From the NCBI RefSeq assembly GCF_018350175.1, contig NC_058368.1, positions 43,650,001 through 43,714,000 of the forward strand: 64,000 bases of DNA, written 5' to 3'. The DNA is from Felis catus (lineage: Eukaryota). Shown here one piece after another: positions 41,281 to 54,073 of this stretch (the stretch's first letter is position 1; each line of letters starts with the position of its first letter). Both the position numbers and the translations under genes were made by a program. Below the pieces are notes generated by a model. The model was not told the DNA's origin and ran no database searches. It was given only the letters and a program-made list of their open reading frames with translations.

Positions 41281-41304
41281 ACTGACTGCGCCACCCAGGC
41301 GCCC
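41281..41304 (-). mobile_element. Isolated 24-bp head fragment of a young CanSINE
   Basis: actgactgcgccacccaggcgccc is the reverse complement of the young SINE head. Confidence 0.8.
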
Positions 41305-42098
41305 TAGTCTATACCAGTTATGATGAAATGGCCTCTGCATAAGCACACTTGCCCTTTGAAGGCAGAGAGCTTTGCTCTTCTTCTTTCAAGTTGAAAACAC
41401 TGGAGTCATGGCCAGAACTGAAACCCTTTATTTCAAGTGTTTTCAAGTGTTTCATCTCCGTAATGAACTATGGAGTCAATTTAAGGTTCTACTGAAGGAA
41501 CCTACAAACTCTTATTTTCTTCCTCCTGTCTGGAAAATTTCAAAAACTTTTATCATTATCATATATCTTTTGCTTTTATCTTTGAGGACTTTTCTAATAT
41601 CAACAAATCAAATTACTTTTCTTCTATAAACCAACAAATTCCAAAATAAAGTTTTTGATGGGAATTTGGTTTTTTCTAGGAGCCTAGAATTTTCTGATTT
41701 AAGCTGTTAGTAACACAGCATTAACCATTAATGGAAGCAAAGGTATAGAAAGGATTGGCAACTGCTGGGGATCAAAAATTATTAAGTGTTCCAAAACACA
41801 TTTATCTGTTACAGAATAATATAAATTAATATCTAAATCCATTTTTACATTATTTTTTACACTTTTTAGGGGAGTAAATATTAGTGATAGTCCTGATATT
41901 ATAAGTTGTTCTTTATATTTGGAACAGAAGAATCACTAAGTGAAAAACACAGTTCACTATGTAAGGCAGACAAGCTTTCAACAATAAGGTATAATGACCA
42001 GGTATTTATTTAAAAATACCTGAAATTAATCTGAAAATATTCCAGAAAAGTAATAACAGATAGTAGCAGTGATTAGAATTTAAAAAACAGAAATTTTT

Positions 42099-42297
42099 GG
42101 GGACCCCTCAGTGGCTCAGTCGGGTAAGTGCCTCACCCTTGATTTCAGCTCAGGTCATGATCTCATGGTTTGTGAGATCCAGCCCTGCATTGGGCTCTAC
42201 ACTGACATTGCAGAGCCTGCTTGGGATTCTCTCTCTCTCCCTCTCTCTGTCCCTCCCCTGCTCATGCTGTCTCTCAAAATAAATATACATTTTTTAA
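42099..42297 (+). mobile_element. CanSINE (older)
   Basis: Head, (CT)n, tail. Confidence 0.93.
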
Positions 42298-42516
42298 ATA
42301 AATTTTTTAATTTTATTTACTTATTTTGAGAGAGACAGAGACAGCACAAGTTGGGGAGGGGCAGAGAGTGAGGGAGAGAGAAAAGAGAGAAACCCAAGCA
42401 AGCTCCATGCTGTCATCTTAGAGCCTGATGTGGGGCTCAAACCCACGAAACATGAGATTATGACCTGAGCTGAAACCGAGTCAGATGCTCAACTGATTGA
42501 GCCACCCAGGCGCCCC
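42298..42516 (-). mobile_element. CanSINE inserted antisense in the tail of the previous SINE
   Basis: Flanked by aaataaatatacattttttaaa and aaataaataaatattttttaaa. Confidence 0.93.
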
Positions 42517-43017
42517 TAAATAAATAAATATTTTTTAAAAGAAAGAAAATTGCCATTAGTAAAATCTTTGTAATTCTACCAGAGATTCACTCTTTTACCA
42601 AAATCACTTTTTCTTTTTTTAACATATGCTTCTTAGAATCCACAAAACTATTTCCCATTTCAATCCATTTTATATTTTAGTTTAACTCTAGACTTTCCTT
42701 TTTTTTTTTGAAAAGGTTTTCCTTGGGAAAAATAATTTTAAAAATACTGTATAACTTACAAAAATTACTGGTTTAGAAGCATTTTAAAATGATGAGACAT
42801 TTTATTTGCATACTATGCAGAGTGATGAAAATCTCTTAAAACTAAAATATAATAATTGGTGTAAGTTCTCAATATTAGTAAATAAGCAGCTTTTGTATTT
42901 TTTTCATAATTAGTTTGCATATACTTAATTATTTTATTTTAAAATTATTGCAATGTGTTTTAAAATGGATAACACTCAGGATTTGATATCTTATGGCCTC
43001 AATTATATCAACACATC

Positions 43018-43018
<1 letters not shown>

Positions 43019-43053
<35 letters not shown>
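43019..43053. repeat. (CA)n microsatellite
   Basis: Direct reading. Confidence 0.97.
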
Positions 43054-43058
<5 letters not shown>

Positions 43059-43689
43059 GACAACTGAGACATATTTTGAGGGAAAATGGTGAACCAGATG
43101 CGTTTATAGTTAGCTATTCACCCCTGAAATTGTCCCTTAAACTCTTCTATGTATAAGCAAGCAATAAGATGCTATGTACATGGAATTAAAATGGATTTTT
43201 AAACATACTGATTTTTATGACTGAAATTTTATTACAAATGCATCAAACTGATCACATATAAAGTGAAATCATATATAAATTTTGCTATATTATTTTTAAT
43301 TAATACCCAGGATTTCTGATAACACCCATATATATAATTCTGCTTAATTAAATATTATGTATGGAATAATGACTTCATTCTAATTTTACTTTGATTAATA
43401 TTTCAAGGTTAAATGGGTTCCTGGCTTCAATGTATAGTAAAAGACCTAAATTATCTGTAATAAATCAACATATTAAGGCCTTTTTTAAGCCACTGCAGTT
43501 ATACATGCTAACTATATTTTTTAGCAACTCTGTTTTCAGATCACTGAAATATTATCTCTTAGCTACTGTGTTGTACACAATAAGATATTTCAAATTCACC
43601 TTGTTCTTTTCCTGACACTGACCTTGAGTCAGTCGTTTTTCTAAGAGGCCTGGAATTTGTTTTTGTTTTATTTTGTTTTTAAATTTTTT

Positions 43690-43907
43690 GAAAGTTTTTT
43701 TTAAATGTTTATTTATTTTTGAGAGAGGGAGAAAGAGACAGAGAGAGGGAGAGAATGAGCAGTGAGAGAGGGAGACAGAATCCGAAGCAGACTCCAGTCT
43801 CTGCACTGTCAGGACAGAGCCCGAAGCAGGGCTCGAATTCACTTCCCCTGAGATCATGACTTGATCTGAAGTCAGATGCCTAACTGACTGAACCACCCAG
43901 ACACCCC
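43690..43907 (-). mobile_element. CanSINE
   Basis: Full-length antisense copy. Confidence 0.93.
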
Positions 43908-44167
43908 TTTTTTTTGTTCTATTTTTTAAAGAGGGTGGTATTTCATAACTAAGTTCTAGGTTCTAGGTGTGATATTGAAGTTTGCAGGCCCTCTGATACT
44001 GGACAGGAACTATATATATATTCTTATATGAATTTGTACTGTTACTTCCAATTCTAATCCAAAATTATCAGGTTTCATTTAGTTTTCCCTTTCCACAGTT
44101 ACACCTCCCTTGTCTGACAGTGAGGAACTTGGTTCCAATTATCCTTACTGTATTTACTTACTCAACT

Positions 44168-44557
44168 AATAGAGCTGCTATGAGAAAATACCACAGGCAG
44201 AGTGGCTTAAATAACAGAAATTTATTTTCTCACAGTTCTGGAGGCTAAAAGTCCAAGATCAAGATGTTGGCAAGGCTGGTTTCTTCTAAGCACAACCAGG
44301 GAAGGATCTGCTCCAGGCCTCACTCCTTGGCTTACAGATGGCTGTCTTCTCCCTGAGTCTTCACATCGTCTCCTCTCTTTGCATGTTTGTGTCCAAATTT
44401 CCTCTTCTTATGACATTAGTCATATTAGATTATGGCCATCTCTAATGACTTCATGTTAACTGGATCAGCTCTCTAAAGACTCTAGTGCTGCATCTTGAGG
44501 TATTGGGGATTATGATTTTAACATATAAATTGGGAGGATACAGTTCAACCCATAACA
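44168..44557 (-). mobile_element. MaLR LTR (MLT1B-like)
   Basis: ggcttaaataacagaaatttattttctcacagttctggaggct...gttcaacccataaca. Confidence 0.9.
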
Positions 44558-45804
44558 TCCCCTAAGCCCATAAATATAACCAGTTTTTCATCATCATCCC
44601 TACCCCCTTTTCTGTCTGCCTACTCTCCTTACCTCTCTTGAACTTGCGGCCTATGCTGGACTGCCATCCCTTCCTCTTAGACATCTTTATTTTGAGTATT
44701 CTCTGACACCCTTCAGAGACCAGCCTTTTACATGTAGACACTCCAAACTGTCTGAGCTCTAAAATTCTGTGCTAGGCTGCATTTTGATCTGGATCCCTTC
44801 CTTATCCCACTTCAGGCTAGCTCCCCATATATTAATTCTCTATATCCTTTTAGAGTTGACACCCATGCCAGATAATTTCTTTGTTTTAAGTATTGCCAAA
44901 GAAATCCAAAGGTTGACTAACAATACCCGTTTGACTGTTGAACTGCTGAAGTAATCCAAATATCCCTGACCTCTCGATTTTACTCAGGAAGTGAGTATCC
45001 AAAGAACTAGAGTCTCCAAAAAGACAATTCTCAATCCAAGTCAGCTATGTTAATGTTAAAAAAAAAAAAAAAGTCCTTCCTATTTTCAAACCAGAGGCTG
45101 CCAAATGAAGTAGCTGATCAAGGAAAAATTATCTACTATCACATCAGGTTTCCTTGGTATTTCTCTCCCTCAGGAAATCATATAAGCTTGTGACCTTATG
45201 TTTATTATACACAACTACACTGAAAAAAAAGCCTTGAATGGATAATTTCCCTTTTTTGGTTTTAATCCTTCCCTTTTCCAAATAAGACATTTTATTGTAA
45301 CTGCTAAATTGTCTGTTGCAGGTAGATAAAGTTTCTTTTGCATGTGGATTACTATACTATATCCTAGATCCTGGATTTGGATCTAGAAGCAGTAACTGGA
45401 TAAAGTTTTAGTTTATCCCCTTTTTTGTAGACAAGTAAATTTTGAGTAGAAGTGATCAATTCTGAGACTGCATGCACAGAGAGGCCAAAGTGGCCTCCAC
45501 TTGGGAGAGGCTTTTTCATCTGACACTGTAAATGAGATAGTACAGAAACCAAAAGAATTTGGATGGCCGGTGAAAATATTCTGCCATCAAGTAAATAAAC
45601 CATGAAGCCTCCATGACCTATTGACTCTTGCTTATATATTTGTTTCCTTATTTTACCTTGAGGTTTATATTATTAACTGATTCCAGATATCCTGGTAATA
45701 TTAGAATATTTAATAAAATATAGCCACAAGTGAACAAAACTCACACAAATAATATAGTTTGTCAGCTACTTTTAGTACTTCCCTCTTCTTAAAAATCTTT
45801 TAAC

Positions 45805-45805
45805 T

Positions 45806-45848
<43 letters not shown>
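45805..45848. repeat. (TG)n microsatellite
   Basis: Direct reading. Confidence 0.97.
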
Positions 45849-45851
<3 letters not shown>

Positions 45852-46265
45852 TGTAACATGCACAAAAATATGCACAAGTCTTAATAGTATAGTTTACCAA
45901 CTTGTCCTATATTTGACACAGTACGGTATATAGCTTTGCATTTTTTGGATATTATATGTAGAAGCATACTGGTATATACTCTGGTATCTGAATTATTTTC
46001 AGCTTACCAAATGTTTGTGATATCTATGCATGTGATTGCATGCATTTGTAGTTTACTCATTTTTATTGCATAATCGCATCAGATTTTTTTCTTTCATTGC
46101 AGAATTGCACCACATGTATGATGGACATTTGAGTTGTGTGCTGTTTTAGGCTTTAGTGGATAATGTTATTTTGTTCCTATCTTCTGGTATTAACATACCA
46201 TGTTCTATTGAGAATGCACCCCAGGAAAAGTAACTGGATGAGAATGTATGCATATTTCAATTTGT
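45849..46265 (-). mobile_element. Old L1 (L1ME-like) 3' fragment
   Basis: atgcacaagtcttaa, gatggacatttgagttgt, cccaggaaaagtaactgga. Confidence 0.6.
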
Positions 46266-46621
46266 CTTTTCAATGAGCCCTATTAGGACTTTGTGGTGGT
46301 TTGTTTGTTTGTTTGTTTGTTTTTCTTGGAAAAGAATCTCTGTCAAGGAATCCTGAGAAACACAGGATCATAGTGAAGAGCTCATTAAGATCATTCTTTT
46401 GGACTCTTAGCATATCAGATTGTGGGGATGCATGCATAGGCACTCTGAAGGTGATATGGGCAAGAACTTCTGAAGCATGATGATGTACATACATATTGTG
46501 GCAGTGGATTGTCACTTGGTAATCATGCCATCTTTAATTTTATAATTTTCATTTTAGTAAGCTTAAACTGCTGCTGTCCACAACACACAAAAAGTGAAAA
46601 AAATATTTCCAGCATTTTGTA

Positions 46622-46983
46622 ATTAAAAACGTTTTTAATGTTTATTTATTTTTGAGAGAGTTATTTGAGAGAGTTTATTTATTTTGAGAGAGTTATTTAT
46701 TTTTGAGAGAGTGTGAGCTGGGGATTATTAAAAACGTTTTTAATGTTTATTTATTTTTGAGAGAGTTATTTGAGAGAGTTTATTTATTTTGAGAGAGTTA
46801 TTTATTTTTGAGAGAGTGTGAGCTGGGGAAGAGGCAGAGAGAGGGAGACTCAGAATCAAAAGCAGGCTCCAGGTTCTGAGCTGTCAACACAGATCCTGAT
46901 GCAGGGCTCGAACTCACAAGCCGTGAGATCCTGACCTGAGCTGAAGTTGGATGCTTAACTAACTGAGTCCCCCAGGCACCCCT
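46622..46983 (-). mobile_element. CanSINE with an exactly duplicated 103-bp 3' segment
   Basis: 46622-46724 identical to 46727-46829; SINE body continues to caggcacccc. Confidence 0.95.
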
Positions 46984-48463
46984 CCAGCAGTTTTTAAATT
47001 GAAAGAGCTAGGCTTTTGATCCCTTGATTCATTACCATGTCCTTTTACAAGTGACACTGAACCCCTAAGAGGTGAATTATAAATCTTGCAGGATAACACA
47101 GGGTTTAAATCACTTCAATTTCTGTGTCCTTTTAAATGAAATGAATCTGTACAACTTTTTGAATATATTTCATGTTGTATTGAAATGGCAACTGGGATGT
47201 GTATCGAAAAGGAAAAAGTGCAATCTAGAAAACCAAATTAATGATAAAAGTTAGTATAGCTCAATGCCATTGGGTAACATTTTCCAAGTTCTAAGACCAG
47301 AACAAAATATGAAAAATTAATAAATCTTTTGAAAATACTGACTTTTTTTTGTAAATAGTCATAACAAATTAAAGAAATTAACTTGTAGCTATGATTTATT
47401 TAACTCTTTTGGTTAGAGATTTGTATGGACAGAATATTCTCATTGATACAATATGCTATGTTAAAATACACACTATAAAATTAAATTTTATTTGTAGAAA
47501 CTGTACCATGATTATTTTGTCTTTACGAGGAAACATCTCTTGCATACAATCAATATTTAACTTGAGATATTGTCATTGAATTGCCCTGTGCTAATTTTTC
47601 AGAAATTGATTTAGTTCTGTATTTTTTATCTTAATGTAAAAGAGAAGCTATAAATAAAATACTATTATATTGTATATATGTTCTCAACACTTAAGAACTT
47701 TTAAAACCTATATACTCCTAAGCCCATCCAGTTATCAAAAGGCCAGATGAAATTTATTGGAAAGATAGAAGACATCTCTATGCAATTCTAAGACCACTTA
47801 GCATATTTTAAAAATATAACTCTATTTGGAGTAATGATAAAAAATAAAGTAAAAGGGAAAGAGTTTGATATATAGACAGTATTCAACAAATTTTATTGAA
47901 TGAATAATCTAGGTCAAAGAAAACCTTTGTTCTAACTACTCTTATGTCACTTGTGTTGAGACTGTGAATATTATGTTTTAATATTTCTGTGCCATTATTT
48001 CTCTATTTCCAAAATGAGGTTTTTGTTCTTTTAGATACAGAATAGTAGCAGCTATTATTTAAAAATCTACTAATAGATCCTGACAGATTTTGGACATTAT
48101 TTTTAGCCTCAAGATTGCCAGTGCTTCAGTCTTTCACAAATTAATTCAAAAATATTAATTATATATTTTTATATGCAAAACTCAGTGAAATCTTCAAAAT
48201 ATAGAAAGTTTGAAAAAGACAACTTCCTGTCTTCAACGGCACATGGTTTGTCAGAGAAGACCAACAAAAGTTCAAGAAATTCTCATACAATAATATTATA
48301 CAAACATATTGAGCCAATATAGATTATGAGGTCCATAAACATGTCATATCTGTGTGCATCTCTTGACACAGAGTAAGAAAGTAGTGATTTTTGTTGGAGG
48401 AATAAACTTTCGTTGACATTTATTTTATTATTACTATGTTCACATTAATGCTTTAAGAGATTT

Positions 48464-48837
48464 TGAAAGGGCAGACCTACGCTGACGGACTCCATCTTGT
48501 TCTATGTCCTCCACCTTGACCAGCCTCCTCCCCTTGAGTAACCTCCCACTCACCAGTTCAAACTTCCCGATCAAAACACGCCCGGCGACCTGCACAACAG
48601 GACTCCAACCCTTCCCCAGCCAATCCGCTGAGGCCACAGCCATTACCTCACCAACTGCCCCTAGACCCCAATAAAACCTTTGTACTTTTGAAACTTGCTC
48701 TCTCTCCCCGGCTTCTCACCGCTGTGTCGGTGCAGGTAGGGAATTGAGCTCGAGCTAGCTCGAATAAAGGCTCTTTGCTTTTGCATCGGACTCGGCTCCC
48801 TGGCGGTCTTTGGGGATCATGAATTCTGGGCATAACA
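48464..48837 (+). mobile_element. Relatively young ERV1 (gamma-like) solo LTR, 374 bp
   Basis: TGAAAG...ATAACA termini; 4-bp TSD attt at 48460-48463 and 48838-48841; CCAAT 48620, AATAAAA 48670, AATAAA 48763; many CpGs retained. Confidence 0.9.
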
Positions 48838-49029
48838 ATTTTATATATATTTATTGATTTTATTCCTAAAATATTCTTATGCAACTCTGTACATTTTACA
48901 GTTGTTGAAACTGATGCATAAAGATAATAAGCCTTACATTTAGTAAGTGGAAAGTAATAGAAATGAATTAATATATAATGTGATGTTTAAAAAATACTCT
49001 AAAACTTAGTGTTTTCAAATTACCATCAC

Positions 49030-50966
49030 TGGAGAAGATGGCAGAGTAGGAAGATCCTGAGGTCACCTCTTCCACAGATAAAACTAGATAACACCCACAT
49101 GAGTGTACATAACCCAGAAATGACCCAAAGACTGGCAGAACAGACTCTCCACAGCTAAATGTAGAGAAGAGGTGAGTTTGAAGAGGTTAAGAAGGGTGGA
49201 GACATGATCTGGAGCTAAAGGAACCCATAGGATTGTCTGCAGGATGGAGGGATTCTGCAAGTGCAGAGAGGGAAGAGAAACTGACCCTCACACCAGCACC
49301 CCAGACAAAGAGAACCTGCACAAAGAAGACAAATCCCCATAACATTTGGCTTTGAAAACCAGAGGGATGTAATTGTTTCAGTTCTTACAATAAATGGAGC
49401 TTAACACCTAGAACTTTAAATATCAATGGGTTCAGCTCTGGGAGAGCCTGAGGGTAATAGCCCTTAAAGAGACAGAACAACAAACAATTCCACAGAGGTA
49501 TAGCACAGAACCAACTGTTTGTAAAACACCTGGGTTATACAGGAAGAACATTTATTTACTAATCTCAGAGCATGTGCTGAAGGGGCAGGGATCTTTAGGA
49601 GACTTCTCCAGAAACAAAGGCACTGGGAGACACTATTTTCCTCTCTTGACCCCCGGCCTAGAGACAAAGACACCTGCAGAAACCAGCACAGTACCAACAC
49701 TTTCCATCTAACTTGCTGATACCATGTTCCACCCTACATTCTCCTGTGGACATGTCAGTTCCATCCAGGACTCAGCTCCAAGTTTCCTTCAACAGCAGAC
49801 CCACATAAACCTTCCTAGTACTGCACATCCCACCCCACACTCCTCTGCAGATCCATTCCCTCCAACTCAGGCAGCCTATGTACCAGGCAGCTGCAGGTCC
49901 CCTCTCACAGTGGACCAGCCAAGACCTTGCTGGCATGACATACTCTGCCCCTGTGATCTCCTGTGGATTCACTCCCTCCAGCCATGTGGCAGGAGTATAA
50001 AGGGATTCTAGGTTTCCTCCCACAACAGACATGCACAGACCTTGCTAACACCACACACCTCGGCCTTGTGTTCTATTGTGGACCTGCCCCCTCCAAGACA
50101 CCCTTGGCAGATACCATCCAAAGTGATGCCATAAGCCTGGCAGCATGCAAGCAGCCCCCGCAGAGGCCACCACCACTTCAAAGTGACTCCTGCCTTAGGG
50201 AGGAAAAGATAACCTTACACACCAGTTCCATTGCAGCCCCAGCAGTGGGCTGGGGCAGATATCTGGTTTGACAGCAGGCCCCACCCACCGACTAAAGCTC
50301 CCTAGGAGACAACACAGGGAAAGCATCCTGAAGTTTGCTGCTGCTGCATTTCTGGCAAATGCCTGGTGTGGACCAAGGTGGCCCCAGACTGGCCCACTAA
50401 CAACACAGGGACCAACATTGCCCACAGTAGGCAAAGAGAGGCACTGCACATGACTGGACTGAATGCAAAAGTGGCTCAGCCACAATAGTAGGTCACCCAT
50501 AACACACTTAGGAGACATCCTTAAAGAGCTAAGTATGGGTGAACAGGGGATACCGCACTGCAGGGGACTATGGGACCTCTTCTACATAAAGCCACTACTT
50601 TCAAGAGCAGGAGAGGTAGCTGACTTTCCTAAGACAGATAAACAAACAGAAAGTTAGACAAAATGAGGAGACCGAGGAATATGTCCCAAATGAAAGAATA
50701 GGACAAACTTAGAGCAAGAGCTAAATGAAACAGAAGTAAGTAATATGCCTGATAGATAATTTAAATAAACTCACAGGACTTTGAGAATAGACCTCAGGAG
50801 ACCCTCAACAAAGAGATAGAAAACATTAAAAAAAAAAAAGAACCATTCAGAGATGAAAAACTCAACAACTGAAATTAAAAATACACTAGAGGGAATAAAT
50901 AGTAGACTAGAGGAAGCAGAAGAATGGGTCAATGACCTGAAGGAAGAAATCAAACTGAACATAGAA

Positions 50967-51006
<40 letters not shown>

Positions 51007-52490
51007 GAAAATAGACTTAGGAAACTCAGTGACATCACCGAGCATAATAGCATCCTCATTATAGGGATCTAAGAAGGAGAAGAGAGAGAGAACGGGGTCA
51101 TAAAACTTATTTGAAGAAATAATAGGTGAAAACTTCCTGAATCTGGGGAAGGAAACAGACATCCAGATCAAGGAGACACAGAGAGTCCCCAACAAAATCA
51201 ACTGAAAGAGATCCATGGTAAGAAACATAGTAATTAAAATGGCAAAAAATAGTGAAAAGGAGAATTTTAAAAGCAGCAAGAGAAAACTCAGTTACATCCA
51301 AAGGAAACTCAATAAGGCTATGAGTTGATTTTCAGCAGAAATTTTCAGGTCAGAAGGGAGTGACATGATATATTCAAAGTGCTAAAAGGAAAAAAAAAAC
51401 CTGCAGCCAAGAATATTCCATTCAACCAGACCATCATTCAGAATAGAAGGAGAAATAAAGAGTTTCTCAGACAAACAAGAATTAAGGGTATTTATGACCA
51501 CTAAACCAGCTCTACAAGAAACATTAAAATAGTATTTGAGTAGAAAGGAAAGTATTTGAGTAGAAAGGAAGGACCATAAGTAAGAGTAATAAAAGTAGGA
51601 GGCACAAAAGCAATAAAATGAAGGATATATATAAAATTATTCGAGAGATTCACAAAGTAAAAAGGATGGAAGTATGACACCATATACCTAAGATGAAAGA
51701 AGGGAGAGGAGTAAAGAATGGATTCAAATTTAAGCAGCTATCAACTTAATGTAGACTGCTATATGCATAAAATATTGTACCTAAACCTAATGGTAACAAC
51801 AAATCAAAAAACAGTAGCATATGCAAAAAACAAAGAAAGGAATCCAGGTATATCACTAAAAGCCAGCAGGGACTCCTGGGTGGCTTAGTTGGTTGAGTGC
51901 CCAACTCTTGATTTTGGCTTGGGTTGTGATCCTGGGGTTGTGGGATTCTTTTTCTCTCTCCCTCTGGCCCTCTCTCCACCCTTCTTTCTCTCTTAAATAA
52001 AAATAAAAATAAAATAAAAATAAAAATAAATTAAAAAAAAAATAAAAAGAACACCAGCAAACTGTGAGAGAAGAGACCAAAAGAAGAAAGAAACAAGAAG
52101 AAATACAAAATCAACCACAAAAAAATAACAAAATTATAATAAGTACATATCTGTCAGTGATTACTTTGAATGTAAAAGGACTAAACAATCAAAAGACATA
52201 AGATGATGGAATTTATTAAAACTCAAGACCTACCTAAAGATTGCTCCAAAGAATACCAGAACTGATAAATAAATTTTTGGAAGGTCTCAGAATACAAAAT
52301 CAATATGCATAAATGCATTGCACTTCTGTACACTAATAATGAAGTAGCAGAAAGAGAAATTAAGAAAACAAGCCCATTTACAACTGCACCAAACATAATA
52401 AAATACCTAGAGATGAGCCTCACCAAGGAGGTGAAAGAACTGTACTCTGAACACTACAAAACACTGATGACACTGATGAAAAATTGAAGA
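49030..52490 (+). mobile_element. Carnivore L1 5' part: 5' UTR, disabled ORF1 (from about 50663), inter-ORF region, internally deleted ORF2
   Basis: gaagatggcagagtagg start; ORF1 phrases (gaaaacttcctgaatctggggaagg); ORF2 attactttgaatgtaaaaggact, then jump at about 52232 to an RT-region segment (LYTNNEVAEREIK, IKYL); (AAT)n at 50969-51004. Confidence 0.92.
51869..52047 (+). mobile_element. CanSINE (older, internally deleted) nested in L1
   Basis: gggactcctgggtggcttag head, (TAAAAA)n tail, flanking ccagca. Confidence 0.85.
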
Positions 52491-52760
52491 ATTTTTAATT
52501 CCAATATTATACTTAACATACAGTGTATATTAACTTGAGGTATACTATATAGTAATTCAACAATTGAATAAATTATTCAGTTTTCATCATAGTAAATGTG
52601 CTTTTTATCCCCTTTACTTATTTCACCCATCTCCCTACCTATCTCCTCTCTGGTAACCATCTATTTGTTCTCTATAATTAAGAGTCTTTTTTTTTTTTTT
52701 TTGCTTTGTCTCCCCCCACCCCTTTCTTTGTTTGTTTTGTTTTTTAAATTCCACAAATTA

Positions 52761-52973
52761 GGGGCGCCAGGGTGGCACAGTCGGTTAAGCATCCGACTTC
52801 AGCCAGGTCACGATCTCCCGGTCCATGAGTTCGAGCCCCGCGTCGGGCTCGGGGCTGATGGCTCAGAGCCTGGAGCCTGTTTCCGATTCTATGTCTCCCT
52901 CTCTCTCTGCCCCTCCCCCGTTCATGCTCTGTCTCTCTCTGTCCCAAAAATAAATAAACATTGAAAAAAAAAT

Positions 52974-53011
<38 letters not shown>
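52761..53011 (+). mobile_element. Young CanSINE nested in L1
   Basis: TSD taaattccacaaattag at 52745-52761 and 53012-53028; (TAAA)n tail. Confidence 0.97.
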
Positions 53012-53014
<3 letters not shown>

Positions 53015-53803
53015 ATTCCACAAATTAGTGAAATAATATGATATTTTCTTTCTGTGACCTATTTCATTTAGTATTACACTGTCTACATCCATCCATGTTG
53101 TTGCAAATGGCAAGATTTCATTATTTTTATGGCTGAATAATATTTCATTGTATAAGCATACCAATTTTTTATCTCTTCATCTATTGATTGACACTTGGGC
53201 TCCTTCCACAGTTTGGCTTTTGTAAATAATGCTGCAGTAGACATAGAGGTGTATGTACCCCTTTGAATTAGTGTTTTCAGATTCTTGCGGTAAATGCCCA
53301 GTAGTGGAATTAGTGGATCTTATGGTAATTCTGTTTTTAATTTTTAGAGAAACCTCCATACTGTTTTCCACAGTGGCTGCACTCATTTGCATTCTCACCA
53401 ACAACATAAGAGGCTTCCTTTTTCTCCACATCCTTGCCAACACTTGTTTTTTCTTGTATTTTTTATTTTAGCTATTGTAACAGGTGTGAGATGATATCTC
53501 ATTGTGGTTTTGATTTTTACTTCCCTGATTAGTGATGTTGAGCATCTTTTCATGTGTATGTTGGTCATCTGGATGTCTTCTTTGGAGAAATATCTGTTTA
53601 TGACTTCCCCCATTTTTAATTGGATTATTTGTGTTTCTTTGATGTTGAGTTGTATAAGTTATTTATATATTTTGGATACTAAACCTTTATCAGATATGTC
53701 ATTTGGAAATATCTTCTCCCATTCAGTAGGTTGTCTTCCTGTTTTGTTGATCATTTTCTTTGCTGTGCAGAAGCTTTTTATGTGGTATAGTACCAATAGT
53801 TTA

Positions 53804-54073
53804 GGTTTAGTTTAGTTTAGTTTAGTTTAGTTTAGTTTAGTTTAGTTTAGTTTAGTTTAGTTTAGTTCTGTGAATGTTTATTCATTTATCTTGAGAGAGA
53901 GAGAGAGAGCACAAGTTGGGGAAAGGCAGAGAGAGAGGGAGAGAGAATCCCAAGCAGGCTCTGCACTGTCAGCCCAGAACCCAACATGAGGCTAGATCTC
54001 AAGAACCATGAGATCATGACCTGAACAGAAATCAAGAGACAGACACTTAACTGATTGAGCCACCAGTTGGTCC
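53804..54073 (-). mobile_element. CanSINE (older) with (TTTAG)n tail, nested in L1
   Basis: TSD ccaatagttta at 53793-53803 and 54074-54084. Confidence 0.93.

Noticed and set aside
49464..50657. GC-richer block with several ORFs, resembling a gene or promoter
   Set aside because: It is the L1 5' UTR directly upstream of ORF1
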